Virus record (IMG/VR): IMGVR_UViG_3300031087_000014
Strand: one strand, 5' to 3'
DNA: 64,000 nt
Origin: a virus
The notes under the pieces were generated by a model. The model was not told the DNA's origin. It saw only the letters and a list, made by a program, of their open reading frames with translations, and ran no database searches. The translations under genes were made by a program, and so were the position numbers. Below, piece after piece: positions 43,581-54,658 of this stretch (positions within the stretch are counted from its first letter, which is position 1; each line of letters starts with the position of its first letter).

Positions 43581-45893
43581 TTGATTAACTTCGTAACAAA
43601 AGCTAATGGTAAGAAAGAACCTTTTAATCCAGAGAAACTTCGTAAATGGTCTGACTTTGCAAAAAAGATCAAGCGGAATAAAGGTAAAGTTAGCTGGAGT
43701 GAGATCGAGTTAGAAGCAGTCAAACGTGGGTATGACGGAATGCCCACTTCCGAACTGCATAACGCTATGATTTCAGCTTGTATCAGCAAACAAACACAAC
43801 CATACGCAGATTTCGCAGCGCGGCTTCTGATTGGTCGTCTGTATAAACAAGCACACGGAGGTTTCAGTAAGATTCCTTCTCTGCTTGAGTTTTATAACAC
43901 CAGTGTAAAATCTGAATACTGGATTGATATGGATTACACCGAAGAAGAGATCAACGCTCTCGGGAAAGTAATTGACCATAACAAAAACTTGGATTATGAT
44001 TACAGCGTCTTACGTCAGATGGAAGATAAATATCTGGTGCGTGATGTAATCAACGGAGTAGTACACGAAACTCCTCAGTTCCTGTTTATGGGCCTGGCGA
44101 TGAAAGTGATGGAGAAGCAGCCTAAAGAAACTCGTCTTCTGGATGTTACTCAACTGTACACATACACCAGCGATTTGAAGATCAACCTGCCGTCTCCGTA
44201 TCTGACAACAGTACGTACTCGGATCTTGGGTAGCGCTTCTTGCTGTCTGTTCCGTGCAGATGATACTGCTCAGTCTCAGCGTATCGCTAATACGATTGCT
44301 CACGAGTATACACTGAATAACGCAGGTATTGGTGTTAACATCTCTACTCGTGCTACAGGCCAGGGCGTAAAGAATAACCGAATCGTTCACGGCGGTATGC
44401 TTCCTTACCTTCGTTGGATGGAGAGCAGCGTTGGTGCGTCGAAACAAGCCTCTCGTGGTGGTAGTGCAACAATTACGTTCACCTGCTTGGAGCCGGACTT
44501 TGATGACCTTGTACGACTGAAAAACCCAACTACACCAAATAACAAACGTGTAGATAAACTGGACTACTCAGTTGTGGTGAATAACGCATTCCTTCGTCGT
44601 GCAGCACAAGGCAAGGAGTGGATGCTGGTGAGTGTTAACGAAGCTCCAGAACTGTATGATGCGCTCTACGCCTCAGAAGAAGAGTTTGAGGAAGTATATG
44701 AGCTTGTAAGTCGTAAACGAATCAAGAAGACTGTGGTTAAGGCTCGTGATATGCTGGTGGAAATCATCAAGCAACGTGCAGAGACCGGACGTATTTATAT
44801 TTTCTTCGCAGATAACGTAAACCGTCATACACCTTTCTTGGACACGATCTTCCAGTCAAATTTGTGTCAGGAAATCTTCTTGCCTACAAAGGCATTCCAG
44901 AAAATGAGTGATCTGGATACTGGTGAGAATACTGATACATCAGAACTGGCGCTGTGCTTCCTAGCTTCTATCGTTGCAGGACGTGTTACTCCAGAAGAAT
45001 ACGAGGATGTTGCTTACTACACAGTATTAACGATTGACAACATTATCGAAGATATGGTGTATCCATTCTATCATAATGAAGTAACAGCTAAGGCTCGTCG
45101 CTCTATTGGTGTTGGTATCACAAACCTAGCTCACTATCTGGCAGCAAGCGATGCATCTTATACCGATGAAAAAGGTAAGGTGTTAATGCACGAACTGGCT
45201 GAACGTCATTACTTCTGGTTGGCTAAAGCCTCTCTTCGCTTAGGTAAAGAGAAAGGTAATGCCGAGTGGATGGATAAAACCAAGTGGCCTCAAGGTTGGT
45301 TGCCTATTGACACTTACTCTAAAGCTGTTGATGACATTGCAGACTTTGAGTTGAAGATGGATTGGGAAACTCTCCGTTCAGAGATTATTGCTAATGGTGG
45401 TATCCGTAACAGTGTTCTAACAGCAGTTGCACCGAATGAATCATCTTCTTTGGTGAGTAATACAACAAACAGTCTGTACCCTGTGCGTGACACAATTATC
45501 TTTAAGCAAAGTCAGAAAGGTAACGTGCTATTCATCGTTCCTGAATATGATCGACTGAAAGATAAATACCAGATTGCCTGGGATGTACCTCATAAGCATA
45601 TGGCTGAATGCTACGGCATCTTCACTAAGTTTATGGATCAGGGTATCTCTTGTGATGAATGGGCTGACTACACCAAGTCAGAAGACGGAAAACTGTCTTA
45701 CAAGACGGAGATTCAGTTTATCCTGACAATGGCTAAGCTGGGGGCTAAATCTCTGTACTATATGAACAGCCGCACCAAATCCTCTGAAACAATGGCAGAT
45801 CAAGATCTTAAAGCCTTGGGTATGGAAGCAAATGCACTTGAACAGCTTCCTGACGAAGAGGAAGAAGATGGTTGTGAAGCGTGTAAAATGTGA
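43581..45893 (+). CDS. nrdA: ribonucleotide reductase class I alpha subunit
   Basis: ATP cone; ASCCL; QSNLCQEI; SLYY; C-terminal CEAC. Confidence 0.95.
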   Translation: MINFVTKANGKKEPFNPEKLRKWSDFAKKIKRNKGKVSWSEIELEAVKRGYDGMPTSELHNAMISACISKQTQPYADFAARLLIGRLYKQAHGGFSKIPSLLEFYNTSVKSEYWIDMDYTEEEINALGKVIDHNKNLDYDYSVLRQMEDKYLVRDVINGVVHETPQFLFMGLAMKVMEKQPKETRLLDVTQLYTYTSDLKINLPSPYLTTVRTRILGSASCCLFRADDTAQSQRIANTIAHEYTLNNAGIGVNISTRATGQGVKNNRIVHGGMLPYLRWMESSVGASKQASRGGSATITFTCLEPDFDDLVRLKNPTTPNNKRVDKLDYSVVVNNAFLRRAAQGKEWMLVSVNEAPELYDALYASEEEFEEVYELVSRKRIKKTVVKARDMLVEIIKQRAETGRIYIFFADNVNRHTPFLDTIFQSNLCQEIFLPTKAFQKMSDLDTGENTDTSELALCFLASIVAGRVTPEEYEDVAYYTVLTIDNIIEDMVYPFYHNEVTAKARRSIGVGITNLAHYLAASDASYTDEKGKVLMHELAERHYFWLAKASLRLGKEKGNAEWMDKTKWPQGWLPIDTYSKAVDDIADFELKMDWETLRSEIIANGGIRNSVLTAVAPNESSSLVSNTTNSLYPVRDTIIFKQSQKGNVLFIVPEYDRLKDKYQIAWDVPHKHMAECYGIFTKFMDQGISCDEWADYTKSEDGKLSYKTEIQFILTMAKLGAKSLYYMNSRTKSSETMADQDLKALGMEANALEQLPDEEEEDGCEACKM

Positions 45894-45895
45894 AT

Positions 45896-45915
45896 AAAGG
45901 GCTTCGGCCCTTTTT
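45896..45915 (+). terminator. terminator
   Basis: AAAGGGCTTCGGCCCTTTTT. Confidence 0.7.
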
Positions 45916-45929
45916 CTTTGGGAGTAAGA

Positions 45930-46412
45930 ATGTACTTACCGATAAATGATGGTGTTGATCACATAAACATCTACACCAAAGGAAAGACGCTTCTTGGTAG
46001 ACGGTTAACAAACTTATCTAACGATAGAGTTGACGTTACCGGCTACGGAAAGTTTGCATCTCTCGAAGGTTTCTGGTATTATTATCTAACGGGATCTAAA
46101 GACGAGTCTCTAAGAGGTATGTCTGGATTCGAAGCAAAGAAGCACGGACGTAAGATAGAAGGTAGGATCGATGAAGACGGGATGACCGAAGAACACAAAG
46201 ATGTGTTAAGAGAAGCTATCCGGTGCAAACTACGTCAGAATAAAGACCTGCTTAAAATGTTGGTGGAGTCAACTCTGCCGCTCACTCATTATTATTTCTA
46301 CGGGAAAGAGGATAATCCCCGAGTTCACTACTTGGAACAGTTTAATTGGATTACCGAAGAAATAGAAAGAATACGAACAGTATGTAAGGAGCACTATGGG
46401 ATCTCTAATTGA
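45930..46412 (+). CDS. NADAR-like protein (tentative)
   Basis: LTNL...FASLEGFWY...EAKKHGR...KLRQN..L...LVES resembles the NADAR/YbiA fold. Confidence 0.5.
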   Translation: MYLPINDGVDHINIYTKGKTLLGRRLTNLSNDRVDVTGYGKFASLEGFWYYYLTGSKDESLRGMSGFEAKKHGRKIEGRIDEDGMTEEHKDVLREAIRCKLRQNKDLLKMLVESTLPLTHYYFYGKEDNPRVHYLEQFNWITEEIERIRTVCKEHYGISN

Positions 46413-46551
46413 AGTTAAACTATCACTAGGTGAACTATCAGCCTTGATTGACCTTATTGAGATGGCTCAAGATCATAATATTTCCCTGAGCGAATCTCAG
46501 AAGGAAGTTTATAAATACCTACAAAGCAAAGAAGCGGAGGAACTAATCTAA
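46396..46551 (+). CDS. small hypothetical protein (51 aa)
   Basis: AAGGAG RBS; TAATG coupling to nrdB. Confidence 0.55.
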   Translation: MGSLIEVKLSLGELSALIDLIEMAQDHNISLSESQKEVYKYLQSKEAEELI

Positions 46552-47645
46552 TGGCAGCAATCAACCTTAAGAATGACAACTATAAAAGCGGCATCTACCC
46601 TGTATTCTTAGGACAACAGTTAGGCATCTACGACAGTATCAATAAAGCCTATCCAGAAATGTTTGACCTGTATAAAAAGCAAAAGGCGCAAGATTGGGCA
46701 GAGGATGAAGTTGACCTAGACCAATCACGTAAAGACTTTGCAACTTGCTCTCAGAATAACTTCGATGTTATGATCAAGACGCTCAGCTTCCAGTGGGAAA
46801 ACGACTCCCTGGCAAAATCAATCATCACATTGTTTGCTCCGTTCTTGACAAACAATGAAGCAAGTGCAATGATGCTGAAACAATCTGAGGTAGAACTGCT
46901 TCACGCACTCACCTACTCAGAAATCGTGCGTCAGTGTGTGAAAGACCCAAACAAAGTTATTGATGAAATCGTTAAGAACGAAAGTATCTTCAACCGTATG
47001 GGTATCGTAGAAGAAGTAATGTCAGAACTTGAGATTGCAGGCCACAAGTATGCTCTCGGGATGCTGACTGTAGAGAATGACGGCCCTTACATCCGACAGC
47101 TTCTGCTGGAAGGTATGGTTGCTCTGATTGCCTTAGAAGGTATTCAGTTTATGTCTTCGTTCTCTGCAACGTTTGCCCTGGCTGAACAAGGCTTGTTCAT
47201 CGGTGCAGCTAAACTGGTTCAGAAAATTATGCTGGATGAAATGTTGCACGTCCGTATGGATTATGCTATCATCGACGCATTGTTAAAAGATCCCGTTTGG
47301 GCAGCAGCCTATGAAACAGCTAAACCACGTCTGAAACTTATCTTAGACACGGTGGTTGCCCAGGAACGACAGTGGGCTAAGTATCTGTTTAGCGAAGGAC
47401 GTGTTGTTGTAGGCTTGAATGAAGTACTGATGATGGAATGGGTGTATTACAATTGTGCTCCTATTTATCGTCGTCTGAAACTCAAAGCAGACTTCAAAGC
47501 CCCTAAGCAAAACCCTACTCCTTGGATGGACTTCTGGACTGATCCAGATAAAACTCAAGCAGCAGCACAAGAGATTCAGCTCACAAACTATAAACTCAAC
47601 TCAATGAAACAAGATTTCAGCGACGAAGAGAAATTTGATTTTTAA
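46551..47645 (+). CDS. nrdB: ribonucleotide reductase class I beta subunit
   Basis: W..DEV, ELLHALTY, LEGIQF and DEMLH motifs. Confidence 0.95.
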   Translation: MAAINLKNDNYKSGIYPVFLGQQLGIYDSINKAYPEMFDLYKKQKAQDWAEDEVDLDQSRKDFATCSQNNFDVMIKTLSFQWENDSLAKSIITLFAPFLTNNEASAMMLKQSEVELLHALTYSEIVRQCVKDPNKVIDEIVKNESIFNRMGIVEEVMSELEIAGHKYALGMLTVENDGPYIRQLLLEGMVALIALEGIQFMSSFSATFALAEQGLFIGAAKLVQKIMLDEMLHVRMDYAIIDALLKDPVWAAAYETAKPRLKLILDTVVAQERQWAKYLFSEGRVVVGLNEVLMMEWVYYNCAPIYRRLKLKADFKAPKQNPTPWMDFWTDPDKTQAAAQEIQLTNYKLNSMKQDFSDEEKFDF

Positions 47646-47654
47646 GGAGCACTA

Positions 47655-47915
47655 ATGACAGCAGTATATCAGAAGCCAGTGTATGATGTTGTAGTCGGTG
47701 ACGAGATCCTATATACGGAAGATGAAGACGGTGGAAACCAGATCTTCAAGAAAGTAGTAGGTGAACCGTTCACTGTTTATGAACCATATGACACTAATAA
47801 GTATGGGACTTTCTGGGCAAGTGGAGATGTAATTTTCCAGCTTGAAGACGATACATACACTGGCGGTGATCGTGGAACGATTATCACTGTCAAAGACCAA
47901 TCAGCAGGAGAGTAA
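47655..47915 (+). CDS. hypothetical acidic protein
   Basis: 86 aa; RBS. Confidence 0.65.
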   Translation: MTAVYQKPVYDVVVGDEILYTEDEDGGNQIFKKVVGEPFTVYEPYDTNKYGTFWASGDVIFQLEDDTYTGGDRGTIITVKDQSAGE

Positions 47916-47917
47916 TA

Positions 47918-48136
47918 ATGACTACGAGTATTGTTAAACTGTCAGACATTAAGAAAGGCGATTATCTGGAAGTTCAAGAAGACTTCTATATGACTGCCAA
48001 TCAGGACGCAGAACTATTAACAGAAGATGTGGATTTCCCTATTCATATCGATGCTGGTAATTGGTTAGTTGTTACCGATACCCAAGCTTTCATCTACGGC
48101 CCTGCCGATTTGGAACTTACTTTAGTAACATCGTAA
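47918..48136 (+). CDS. hypothetical acidic protein
   Basis: 72 aa; RBS. Confidence 0.65.
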   Translation: MTTSIVKLSDIKKGDYLEVQEDFYMTANQDAELLTEDVDFPIHIDAGNWLVVTDTQAFIYGPADLELTLVTS

Positions 48137-48141
48137 TATTC

Positions 48142-48162
48142 AAGGGGCTTCGGCCCCTTTTT
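48142..48162 (+). terminator. terminator
   Basis: AAGGGGCTTCGGCCCCTTTTT. Confidence 0.7.
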
Positions 48163-48177
48163 AGATTGAGGAGACGT

Positions 48178-49167
48178 ATGAGAATTCTAGTAACAGGTGG
48201 AGCAGGCTTTATTGGAAGTGCTGTTGTTCGCCAACTTCTTGAGACCACGGACGCTCAGATAGCTGTCGTGGATAAAATGGGATATGCGTCTGATCTGAGA
48301 AACGCACCTATTCTGGACAACCCAAGAGTAGTATTTTATGAGTTTGACTTGGCGTTGTCGTTCAGAGTGAACTCTATGATCGAAGATTTCGATCCACACA
48401 TCATTATGCATCTTGCCGCAGAGAGTCACGTTGACAACTCTATTGGAGATCCTGCACCATTTATTTATTCGAACATCATTGGAACTTTCAACCTACTGGA
48501 AGCAGTGAGGAATCGTTCTAACAGTTTGATGTTGTTCCATCACATTTCAACCGACGAGGTGTATGGGGATCTGAGTGATCGAGAAGAAGAGAATGCCAAG
48601 TTCAAGGAGACAGATGCCTACGATCCTAGTAGCCCTTATTCTGCATCTAAAGCAGCCAGTGATCATTTAGTCAGATCTTGGGGAAGAACATATAAAATCC
48701 CTGTGGTGGTAACAAACTGCTCTAACAACTACGGGCCATACCATCACCCTGAAAAACTAATCCCTTCTGTAATCACAAATGCGCTAAAAGGTAGTCCGAT
48801 CCGTGTCTACGGCAAGGGAAACCAAATTCGTGATTGGTTATATGTAGAAGACCACGCAAGAGCGCTGATTCAGGTAGCAACAAGCGGTAAAGATGGTGAG
48901 ACATATAACATTGGTGGATGTAACGAACGTACCAATCTACAGGTCGTACAAGCGATTCTAAGCCGTCTTAAAGAAAAGACAGGCAAAGACTACAGTCAAC
49001 TCGTTACGCACGTCCCAGACCGTCCAGGGCACGATTATCGCTATGCTATCAATGCTGACAAGATTATTTCTGAATTGGGCTGGTATCCGCAGGAAACCTT
49101 CGAGTCAGGTATTGTGAAAACTGTCGATTGGTATCTGGAAAACTTGGATTGGGTAGAGGGTAAATAA
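48178..49167 (+). CDS. rmlB: dTDP-glucose 4,6-dehydratase
   Basis: [25 protein letters not shown] and YSASK motifs. Confidence 0.95.
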   Translation: MRILVTGGAGFIGSAVVRQLLETTDAQIAVVDKMGYASDLRNAPILDNPRVVFYEFDLALSFRVNSMIEDFDPHIIMHLAAESHVDNSIGDPAPFIYSNIIGTFNLLEAVRNRSNSLMLFHHISTDEVYGDLSDREEENAKFKETDAYDPSSPYSASKAASDHLVRSWGRTYKIPVVVTNCSNNYGPYHHPEKLIPSVITNALKGSPIRVYGKGNQIRDWLYVEDHARALIQVATSGKDGETYNIGGCNERTNLQVVQAILSRLKEKTGKDYSQLVTHVPDRPGHDYRYAINADKIISELGWYPQETFESGIVKTVDWYLENLDWVEGK

Positions 49168-50051
49168 TGAAAGGAATTATTCTGGCTGGCGGGAGTGGAA
49201 CCCGCCTACATCCAGTGACAAAAGGCGTAAGCAAACAGTTATTGCCTGTCTATGATAAACCAATGGTGTACTATCCACTCTCAGTGCTTATGCTAGCAGG
49301 AATACGTGAGATTCTAATCATCACTACACCCAAAGATAAGGCAGCATTCGTAGAGCTACTTGGGGATGGGAGTACTTGGGGATTAACCCTGTCCTATGCT
49401 ACACAAGATCAGCCTAACGGTTTGGCAGAAGCATTCATTATTGGGGAAGACTTCATTGCAGGTGATGATGTTGCGTTGGTATTAGGAGATAATCTATTCT
49501 TTGGGGAAAGCTTCACAGAGAAACTAATTCGAGTCCGAACCAGGGTGGAACAATATGGAGGTGCGGGTATCTTTGCTTATGAGGTAAAAGACCCTCAGAG
49601 ATTTGGTGTTGTCTGTAAAGACGAACGCAACCGTGTGGTGTCTATCGAAGAAAAGCCAACTGATCCTAAGTCAAACTTAGCTGTAACTGGCTTGTATTTC
49701 TACGATTACACAGTTGTAGAAAAAGCAAAGAGTGTTAAACCTTCTCAGCGGGGAGAGTTAGAGATTACCGATATAAATAACTTTTATATCGAAGATGAAA
49801 ATCTTTCTGTAGAGGTATTGGGGCGAGGGTTTGCTTGGCTAGACACAGGAACCCACGAAAGTTTATTAGAAGCCGCTGGATATGTAAGAACACTGCAAAG
49901 ACAGCAAGGAACGTATATTGCCTGTCTGGAAGAGATTGCTTATAAGAAAGGCTGGATCAGTCGAGAACAACTCTTAGCAAGTGGTCAGGAGTTATCTAAG
50001 ATCGAATACGGATCATACATTTTAAAATTGTTTGGGGAGACTATTAAGTGA
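49167..50051 (+). CDS. rmlA: glucose-1-phosphate thymidylyltransferase
   Basis: [23 protein letters not shown] and WLDTGT motifs. Confidence 0.96.
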   Translation: MKGIILAGGSGTRLHPVTKGVSKQLLPVYDKPMVYYPLSVLMLAGIREILIITTPKDKAAFVELLGDGSTWGLTLSYATQDQPNGLAEAFIIGEDFIAGDDVALVLGDNLFFGESFTEKLIRVRTRVEQYGGAGIFAYEVKDPQRFGVVCKDERNRVVSIEEKPTDPKSNLAVTGLYFYDYTVVEKAKSVKPSQRGELEITDINNFYIEDENLSVEVLGRGFAWLDTGTHESLLEAAGYVRTLQRQQGTYIACLEEIAYKKGWISREQLLASGQELSKIEYGSYILKLFGETIK

Positions 50052-50599
50052 AAGTAAAGAGTTTTGATATTGAGGGATTGAAACTTTTCAGTCCCAAGAT
50101 CTTCGGGGATGAAAGAGGTTATTTCTACGAGTCTTTCAACCAAGCGGATTATGACGAACATATTGGTTATGAGATATTCGTTCAGGACAACGTTTCCAAG
50201 TCTAAGAGAGGAGTGCTTCGTGGTATGCACTTCCAGACACAGAACCCTCAAGGTAAACTTGTCCGTGTAATGTCGGGTAGCGTCTACGATGTAGCTGTTG
50301 ACCTGAGAGAAGGATCTTCTACCTTTGGTCAGTGGGAAGGCGTGGTTTTGAGTGATCGTAATAAGAATATCTTCTGGATTCCACCTGGCTTTGCTCACGG
50401 TTTTGTTGTAATGAGCGAAGAGGTTATTTTTGAATACAAATGCACTCAGTTCTATCACCCAGCCTCAGAGGTAAGTTTGGCTTGGGATGATCCTGATGTT
50501 GGGATTGATTGGGGATTTGACTTAATGGGCAAGAACTTCAAAGTCACTCTATCGGATAAAGATGCAAATGCAAAATCACTTAAGGAGATCTTTGGATGA
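50048..50599 (+). CDS. rmlC: dTDP-4-dehydrorhamnose 3,5-epimerase
   Basis: [18 protein letters not shown] and GFAHGF motifs. Confidence 0.95.
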   Translation: MKVKSFDIEGLKLFSPKIFGDERGYFYESFNQADYDEHIGYEIFVQDNVSKSKRGVLRGMHFQTQNPQGKLVRVMSGSVYDVAVDLREGSSTFGQWEGVVLSDRNKNIFWIPPGFAHGFVVMSEEVIFEYKCTQFYHPASEVSLAWDDPDVGIDWGFDLMGKNFKVTLSDKDANAKSLKEIFG

Positions 50600-51417
50600 A
50601 ATATTTAGTCTTTGGTGGATATGGGCAGCTAGGATCTGCCCTAGCAAAATATAAGCCAGAAGGTGTTCAGGTTATTCAGCTAGATAGCGGAGCAGATATC
50701 ACTGATTACTTCAAGGTTAAATCTATTATTGATGAAGTTATGCCTGACGTTGTGGTTAACTGTGCAGCCTACACAAACGTTAATAAAGCAGAACAGGAAC
50801 AAGATAAAGCATTCTCCATTAATGCTCTTGGGCCTTCTATTCTGACCAAGCTTTGTTCAGACCGTCAGATCCGATTCATTCATATTTCATCGGACTATGT
50901 TTTCGATGGAAGAAAATCTGCACCTTATAACTCTTGGGATGATACAAACCCTCTGAACGTGTACGGGGTGACAAAAGAAGCAGGAGAGATCTTTGCATCT
51001 GGTCACAAGTGGTATAGCCCTCTGGTAATTAGAACATCTTGGGTGTATAGTGAGTTTGGAAACAACTTTGCTAAGACCATTCTGAAACGATTAGAAAATG
51101 GTATCACCGAGTTCAACGTAGTAGATGATCAGATAGGCACACCGACATACGCCGGACACATCGCGGAAGCTATCTTTGAATATTATGGCAAAGGCGACCT
51201 GTTCTTAGAGACAGGTATTGTTCACTTCTCGGGTAATCGAGCATTGAGTTGGTATGACTTCACAAAGTTATTGACACAGGATGTTGATTCTGTTATAGTC
51301 TCTCCAACGAAAACAGTGTCTCAAGTAGAGCGTCCAGCGTATTCCGCTTTAGCCTCTTCTTTTGGTATTTATAGCAATATCGAAGAAGGTATTCTGAGAA
51401 CAAAACAAAATCTTTAA
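50596..51417 (+). CDS. rmlD: dTDP-4-dehydrorhamnose reductase
   Basis: GQLG, NCAAYTNV, SSDYVFDG, YGVTK and DQIGTPT motifs. Confidence 0.93.
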   Translation: MKYLVFGGYGQLGSALAKYKPEGVQVIQLDSGADITDYFKVKSIIDEVMPDVVVNCAAYTNVNKAEQEQDKAFSINALGPSILTKLCSDRQIRFIHISSDYVFDGRKSAPYNSWDDTNPLNVYGVTKEAGEIFASGHKWYSPLVIRTSWVYSEFGNNFAKTILKRLENGITEFNVVDDQIGTPTYAGHIAEAIFEYYGKGDLFLETGIVHFSGNRALSWYDFTKLLTQDVDSVIVSPTKTVSQVERPAYSALASSFGIYSNIEEGILRTKQNL

Positions 51418-51428
51418 TAGGAGAAAAG

Positions 51429-51683
51429 ATGGTATTCACTATTTATGGCAAACCAAACTGCCCATATTGCACTCGTGCAACTGAAACTTTAATTTCCAAA
51501 GGTATTCACTTCGTGTACCTTACACTGGATGAAGATTTCACAGTACCAGAACTTATTGAACTGGTAGTTGCGAAAACAGGAGTTCGTCCCTCTACATTCC
51601 CTCAGATTTTCGTAAGAGATGAAGAGGAAACGGACACAACACACGTAGGAGGCTTTACTGAGTTAGTAAACTTCCTTAAGTAA
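51429..51683 (+). CDS. glutaredoxin
   Basis: CPYC, TFPQIF and VGGF motifs. Confidence 0.92.
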   Translation: MVFTIYGKPNCPYCTRATETLISKGIHFVYLTLDEDFTVPELIELVVAKTGVRPSTFPQIFVRDEEETDTTHVGGFTELVNFLK

Positions 51684-51694
51684 AAGGAAAATAG

Positions 51695-52195
51695 ATGCCT
51701 AACGTATCAGACGCTTTCGGTATGTTGAAGCTGGATGAAGGTCTAAAGCTTAAGACATATAAGGACACAGAAGGTTACTGGACTATCGGGATTGGTCATC
51801 TTTTAACTAAGAAACCATCCTTGGACGTAGCAATAAGTGTTTTGGATTCCCAAGTAGGGAGAAAGACTCAAGGGTCTATCACCGAAGACGAAGCCCGAAA
51901 GCTGTTCCAAAGTGATGTTAACTCTGCTGTTAAGTCGATCAAGGTTGATTCAACACTCGGCCCACTTTACGCCAAATATGATGATGCAAGGAAACAAGCA
52001 CTGATTAATATGGTTTTCCAAATGGGGAGTGCAGGCACTGCATCTTTCAAAAATAGCTTAGGCTTGATTGCGGATAAGAATTACGCAGTTGCTGGGGCTA
52101 ATATGAGGAAGAGTAAGTGGTATCGCCAGACACCGAATAGAGCAGAACGTGTTATTAAGGTGTTAACAACAGGCACATTTGATGCCTACAACTAA
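51695..52195 (+). CDS. endolysin (T4-type lysozyme)
   Basis: DEGLKL..YKDTEGYWTIGIGHL and WYRQTPNRA motifs. Confidence 0.93.
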   Translation: MPNVSDAFGMLKLDEGLKLKTYKDTEGYWTIGIGHLLTKKPSLDVAISVLDSQVGRKTQGSITEDEARKLFQSDVNSAVKSIKVDSTLGPLYAKYDDARKQALINMVFQMGSAGTASFKNSLGLIADKNYAVAGANMRKSKWYRQTPNRAERVIKVLTTGTFDAYN

Positions 52196-52226
52196 TTAAG
52201 GGGCTTTGCCCCTTTCAGGAGCAATA

Positions 52227-52961
52227 ATGGGAAAGAGTAGCCGTAAGTCTATTAAATCTTTTGATACCTCCGCACCACGTAGCAAATATCAAGAGAAGAA
52301 CGCAGAAACAGCACCCGATTATAAGCTGGGAGATTTCATCCCTACCGAAAAACAGAATCAGATTGTCAATAGTATCGAATGGAATGATCTGACCATCGTA
52401 AACGGTAAAGCTGGTACGGGTAAGACCTCTACCGCACTTTGGGCTGCAATCAAGAAGCTCAAGCAAGGGGAAACACGTAGAGTGCTATTCCTCAAGAACC
52501 CAACAGAAGTAGGTGACGATCAGATTGGCTTCCTTTCTGGTGACAAAAAGGATAAACTTGTCGCTCACTATGCTACAACAAAAAGAGTGTTCCATCAGTT
52601 TGTATCACCAGGTAAGTTAGAGTCAGATATTGCCAATGGTAAGATTGAACTTGAAATTCCAAACTACGCTTTAGGTGCGACTTGGGATGATTCGATTGTT
52701 ATCATTGACGAGAGCCAGTTAATGTCGCCTGAAACAATCAAGCTACTGCTTGAGCGTACAGGACAGAACACAAAAGTGGTAATTGTTGGTGATGTGACGC
52801 AAACTTACGCAGTTAAGAAGCGCCAGAACGGTTTAGCAGATTTAGTAAGTAGAGTAACCGACAACGGAGTTCCAAACAGGGACTTTATCGGGTATATTAC
52901 GCTGGAATCTGAGGACAACCAGAGGTCAAGACTTTCTCAGTACATTACTGAGGTATATTAA
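52227..52961 (+). CDS. phoH: PhoH-like ATPase
   Basis: GKAGTGKT, IGFLSG, IDESQ and GDVTQ motifs. Confidence 0.88.
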   Translation: MGKSSRKSIKSFDTSAPRSKYQEKNAETAPDYKLGDFIPTEKQNQIVNSIEWNDLTIVNGKAGTGKTSTALWAAIKKLKQGETRRVLFLKNPTEVGDDQIGFLSGDKKDKLVAHYATTKRVFHQFVSPGKLESDIANGKIELEIPNYALGATWDDSIVIIDESQLMSPETIKLLLERTGQNTKVVIVGDVTQTYAVKKRQNGLADLVSRVTDNGVPNRDFIGYITLESEDNQRSRLSQYITEVY

Positions 52962-53002
52962 ATAAGCAATGGGCAGGGAAGCCCTTATAACGAGGAGAAT
53001 GT

Positions 53003-53479
53003 ATGCAGTTAGTTGAGATTGATCGTAGTGGTGTTGAAGCCTGCTATCAGGCAGGTATGGTTAAGCCAAACGAGTTTCGTCAGATTTTTATGGATCTTCT
53101 TGCAAAAGAGGTACAACTTCGGTTAGAGTCCACCACTCCTTTCCAGGTAGTGTCTGCTCTGTTCACTCAAGAGTACTTTCTTGAATTCTATCAGAAGCTG
53201 GCGGGAACAAAAGATGATTTAGTTCAATGCGTGATCGATATCGCAACTTCCGAGCCAGAACTGCTGCTGATCGACCAAGAAGAAGCTAAACGCCTTTTCT
53301 TGAGCTATGTGTTCTACCGTAAAGCAGTTATTGTCCGTGATTGTAGTGATATCTTTAAGCACGAGCTAGTAGAGTCCAGCACGATTATGGTTGACAAAGA
53401 AACCCTCCGTGCTATAGAATACTTATCCGTCCATTCCTCCGGTGGTCGGGACTTAATTAAAACTTATTATCAAAACTAA
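53003..53479 (+). CDS. hypothetical protein
   Basis: 158 aa; GAGGAG RBS. Confidence 0.75.
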   Translation: MQLVEIDRSGVEACYQAGMVKPNEFRQIFMDLLAKEVQLRLESTTPFQVVSALFTQEYFLEFYQKLAGTKDDLVQCVIDIATSEPELLLIDQEEAKRLFLSYVFYRKAVIVRDCSDIFKHELVESSTIMVDKETLRAIEYLSVHSSGGRDLIKTYYQN

Positions 53480-53488
53480 GGAGGTTGA

Positions 53489-54130
53489 ATGACTACAATT
53501 ATTGCTACCCGAGATGCAATCTATAGTGACGGGATGATTACAGTCGGGGATCGTGTTGACAGCGTTAACTTCAACAAGGTAAGAAAGATTGAAGGATACC
53601 TTGTAGGTGGTGCTGGTCGCTTATCCTCTATCCTAACATTCTTCTCTTGGATGGAAGAACGTATCAAAGCAGAACGTCTGTCCGAGGAACTGCCCAGCTT
53701 GGATTTTGATAATGATCCAGAAAAAGACGACGAAGAGTTTACTGCTTTAGTTGTTCATCCTGACGGTGAAATCTATTTGCACGAAGGCAATGATCCTTCA
53801 CGAGCATATCCAATTGATACGGAGTATTATGCAGTCGGAAGCGGTAGTGACTACGCATTAGCAGCATTAGATGCAGGAGCCACACCAGAAGTTGCTATGG
53901 ATGTTGCCAAGTTTAGAGATGCATTCTCAGGTGGAGCAACATTCTCAGAACATATCCCGCCAGAAGAAAAGAAAGTCGAACTTACGGATGAAGTTATGGG
54001 ACTTATGAGCAAGGAAGAGTTGATGCACCTTATCAAAACAGGAGTACCACTTGGAAAACCCGAACAAGTATTTGTTAGCAGCAGACCAAATCCTGAGTCT
54101 GACACCAGAAGCCAAACACCTACTGGCTGA
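53489..54130 (+). CDS. HslV/proteasome-like Ntn-hydrolase protein
   Basis: N-terminal MTTIIA; AVGSGS.YA; D.FSGG. Confidence 0.7.
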   Translation: MTTIIATRDAIYSDGMITVGDRVDSVNFNKVRKIEGYLVGGAGRLSSILTFFSWMEERIKAERLSEELPSLDFDNDPEKDDEEFTALVVHPDGEIYLHEGNDPSRAYPIDTEYYAVGSGSDYALAALDAGATPEVAMDVAKFRDAFSGGATFSEHIPPEEKKVELTDEVMGLMSKEELMHLIKTGVPLGKPEQVFVSSRPNPESDTRSQTPTG

Positions 54131-54232
54131 GTTGATCGAGGAAGCCGAGAAATCGGCTTTTAAAGACGGCTTCAATAAAGGATATAATGCAGGTTTCATT
54201 GAGCATAAGTATTTACCTTTCTAAGGAGAAGT

Positions 54233-54658
54233 ATGTTAATTACTAAAGTGGAAGTATTGGCGAAACATTTCGCCTTTCAGCAAACGAGGAAGCTAGGCAG
54301 AAACCTACGAATCGCAATGGCACGTAAAATGTATTGGGTGCCTGGAAAAGGCATCTTCGGGAATTTCTATGACAACTACACCAACGTGTTTGGTGAGGCA
54401 ATGTTAAAGAATCCTAAAAATGAAGAGATCCTTGATACGTTGCTTGCAATGGATAAGATTTCCGTGGTAAACTATAATTTACTAGCCTTCTATGACGAAA
54501 CTATGCAGGGTGAGGAGATGTTCCAAGCCCTGTTAGCTAAGTTTGAAGATAAAGAAGAACTTGACATTGATGAAAGATGTGTTAATATCGTCAGGTTCCT
54601 CGGAGACTTCAATGAAGAGACTCACGAAGGTAAGGGTGTGAAATGCCCGCAACTTTAA
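54233..54658 (+). CDS. hypothetical protein
   Basis: 141 aa; RBS. Confidence 0.7.
   Translation: MLITKVEVLAKHFAFQQTRKLGRNLRIAMARKMYWVPGKGIFGNFYDNYTNVFGEAMLKNPKNEEILDTLLAMDKISVVNYNLLAFYDETMQGEEMFQALLAKFEDKEELDIDERCVNIVRFLGDFNEETHEGKGVKCPQL

Noticed and set aside
43581-47645. Introns or inteins in nrdA/nrdB
   Set aside because: Both ORFs are continuous and of normal length
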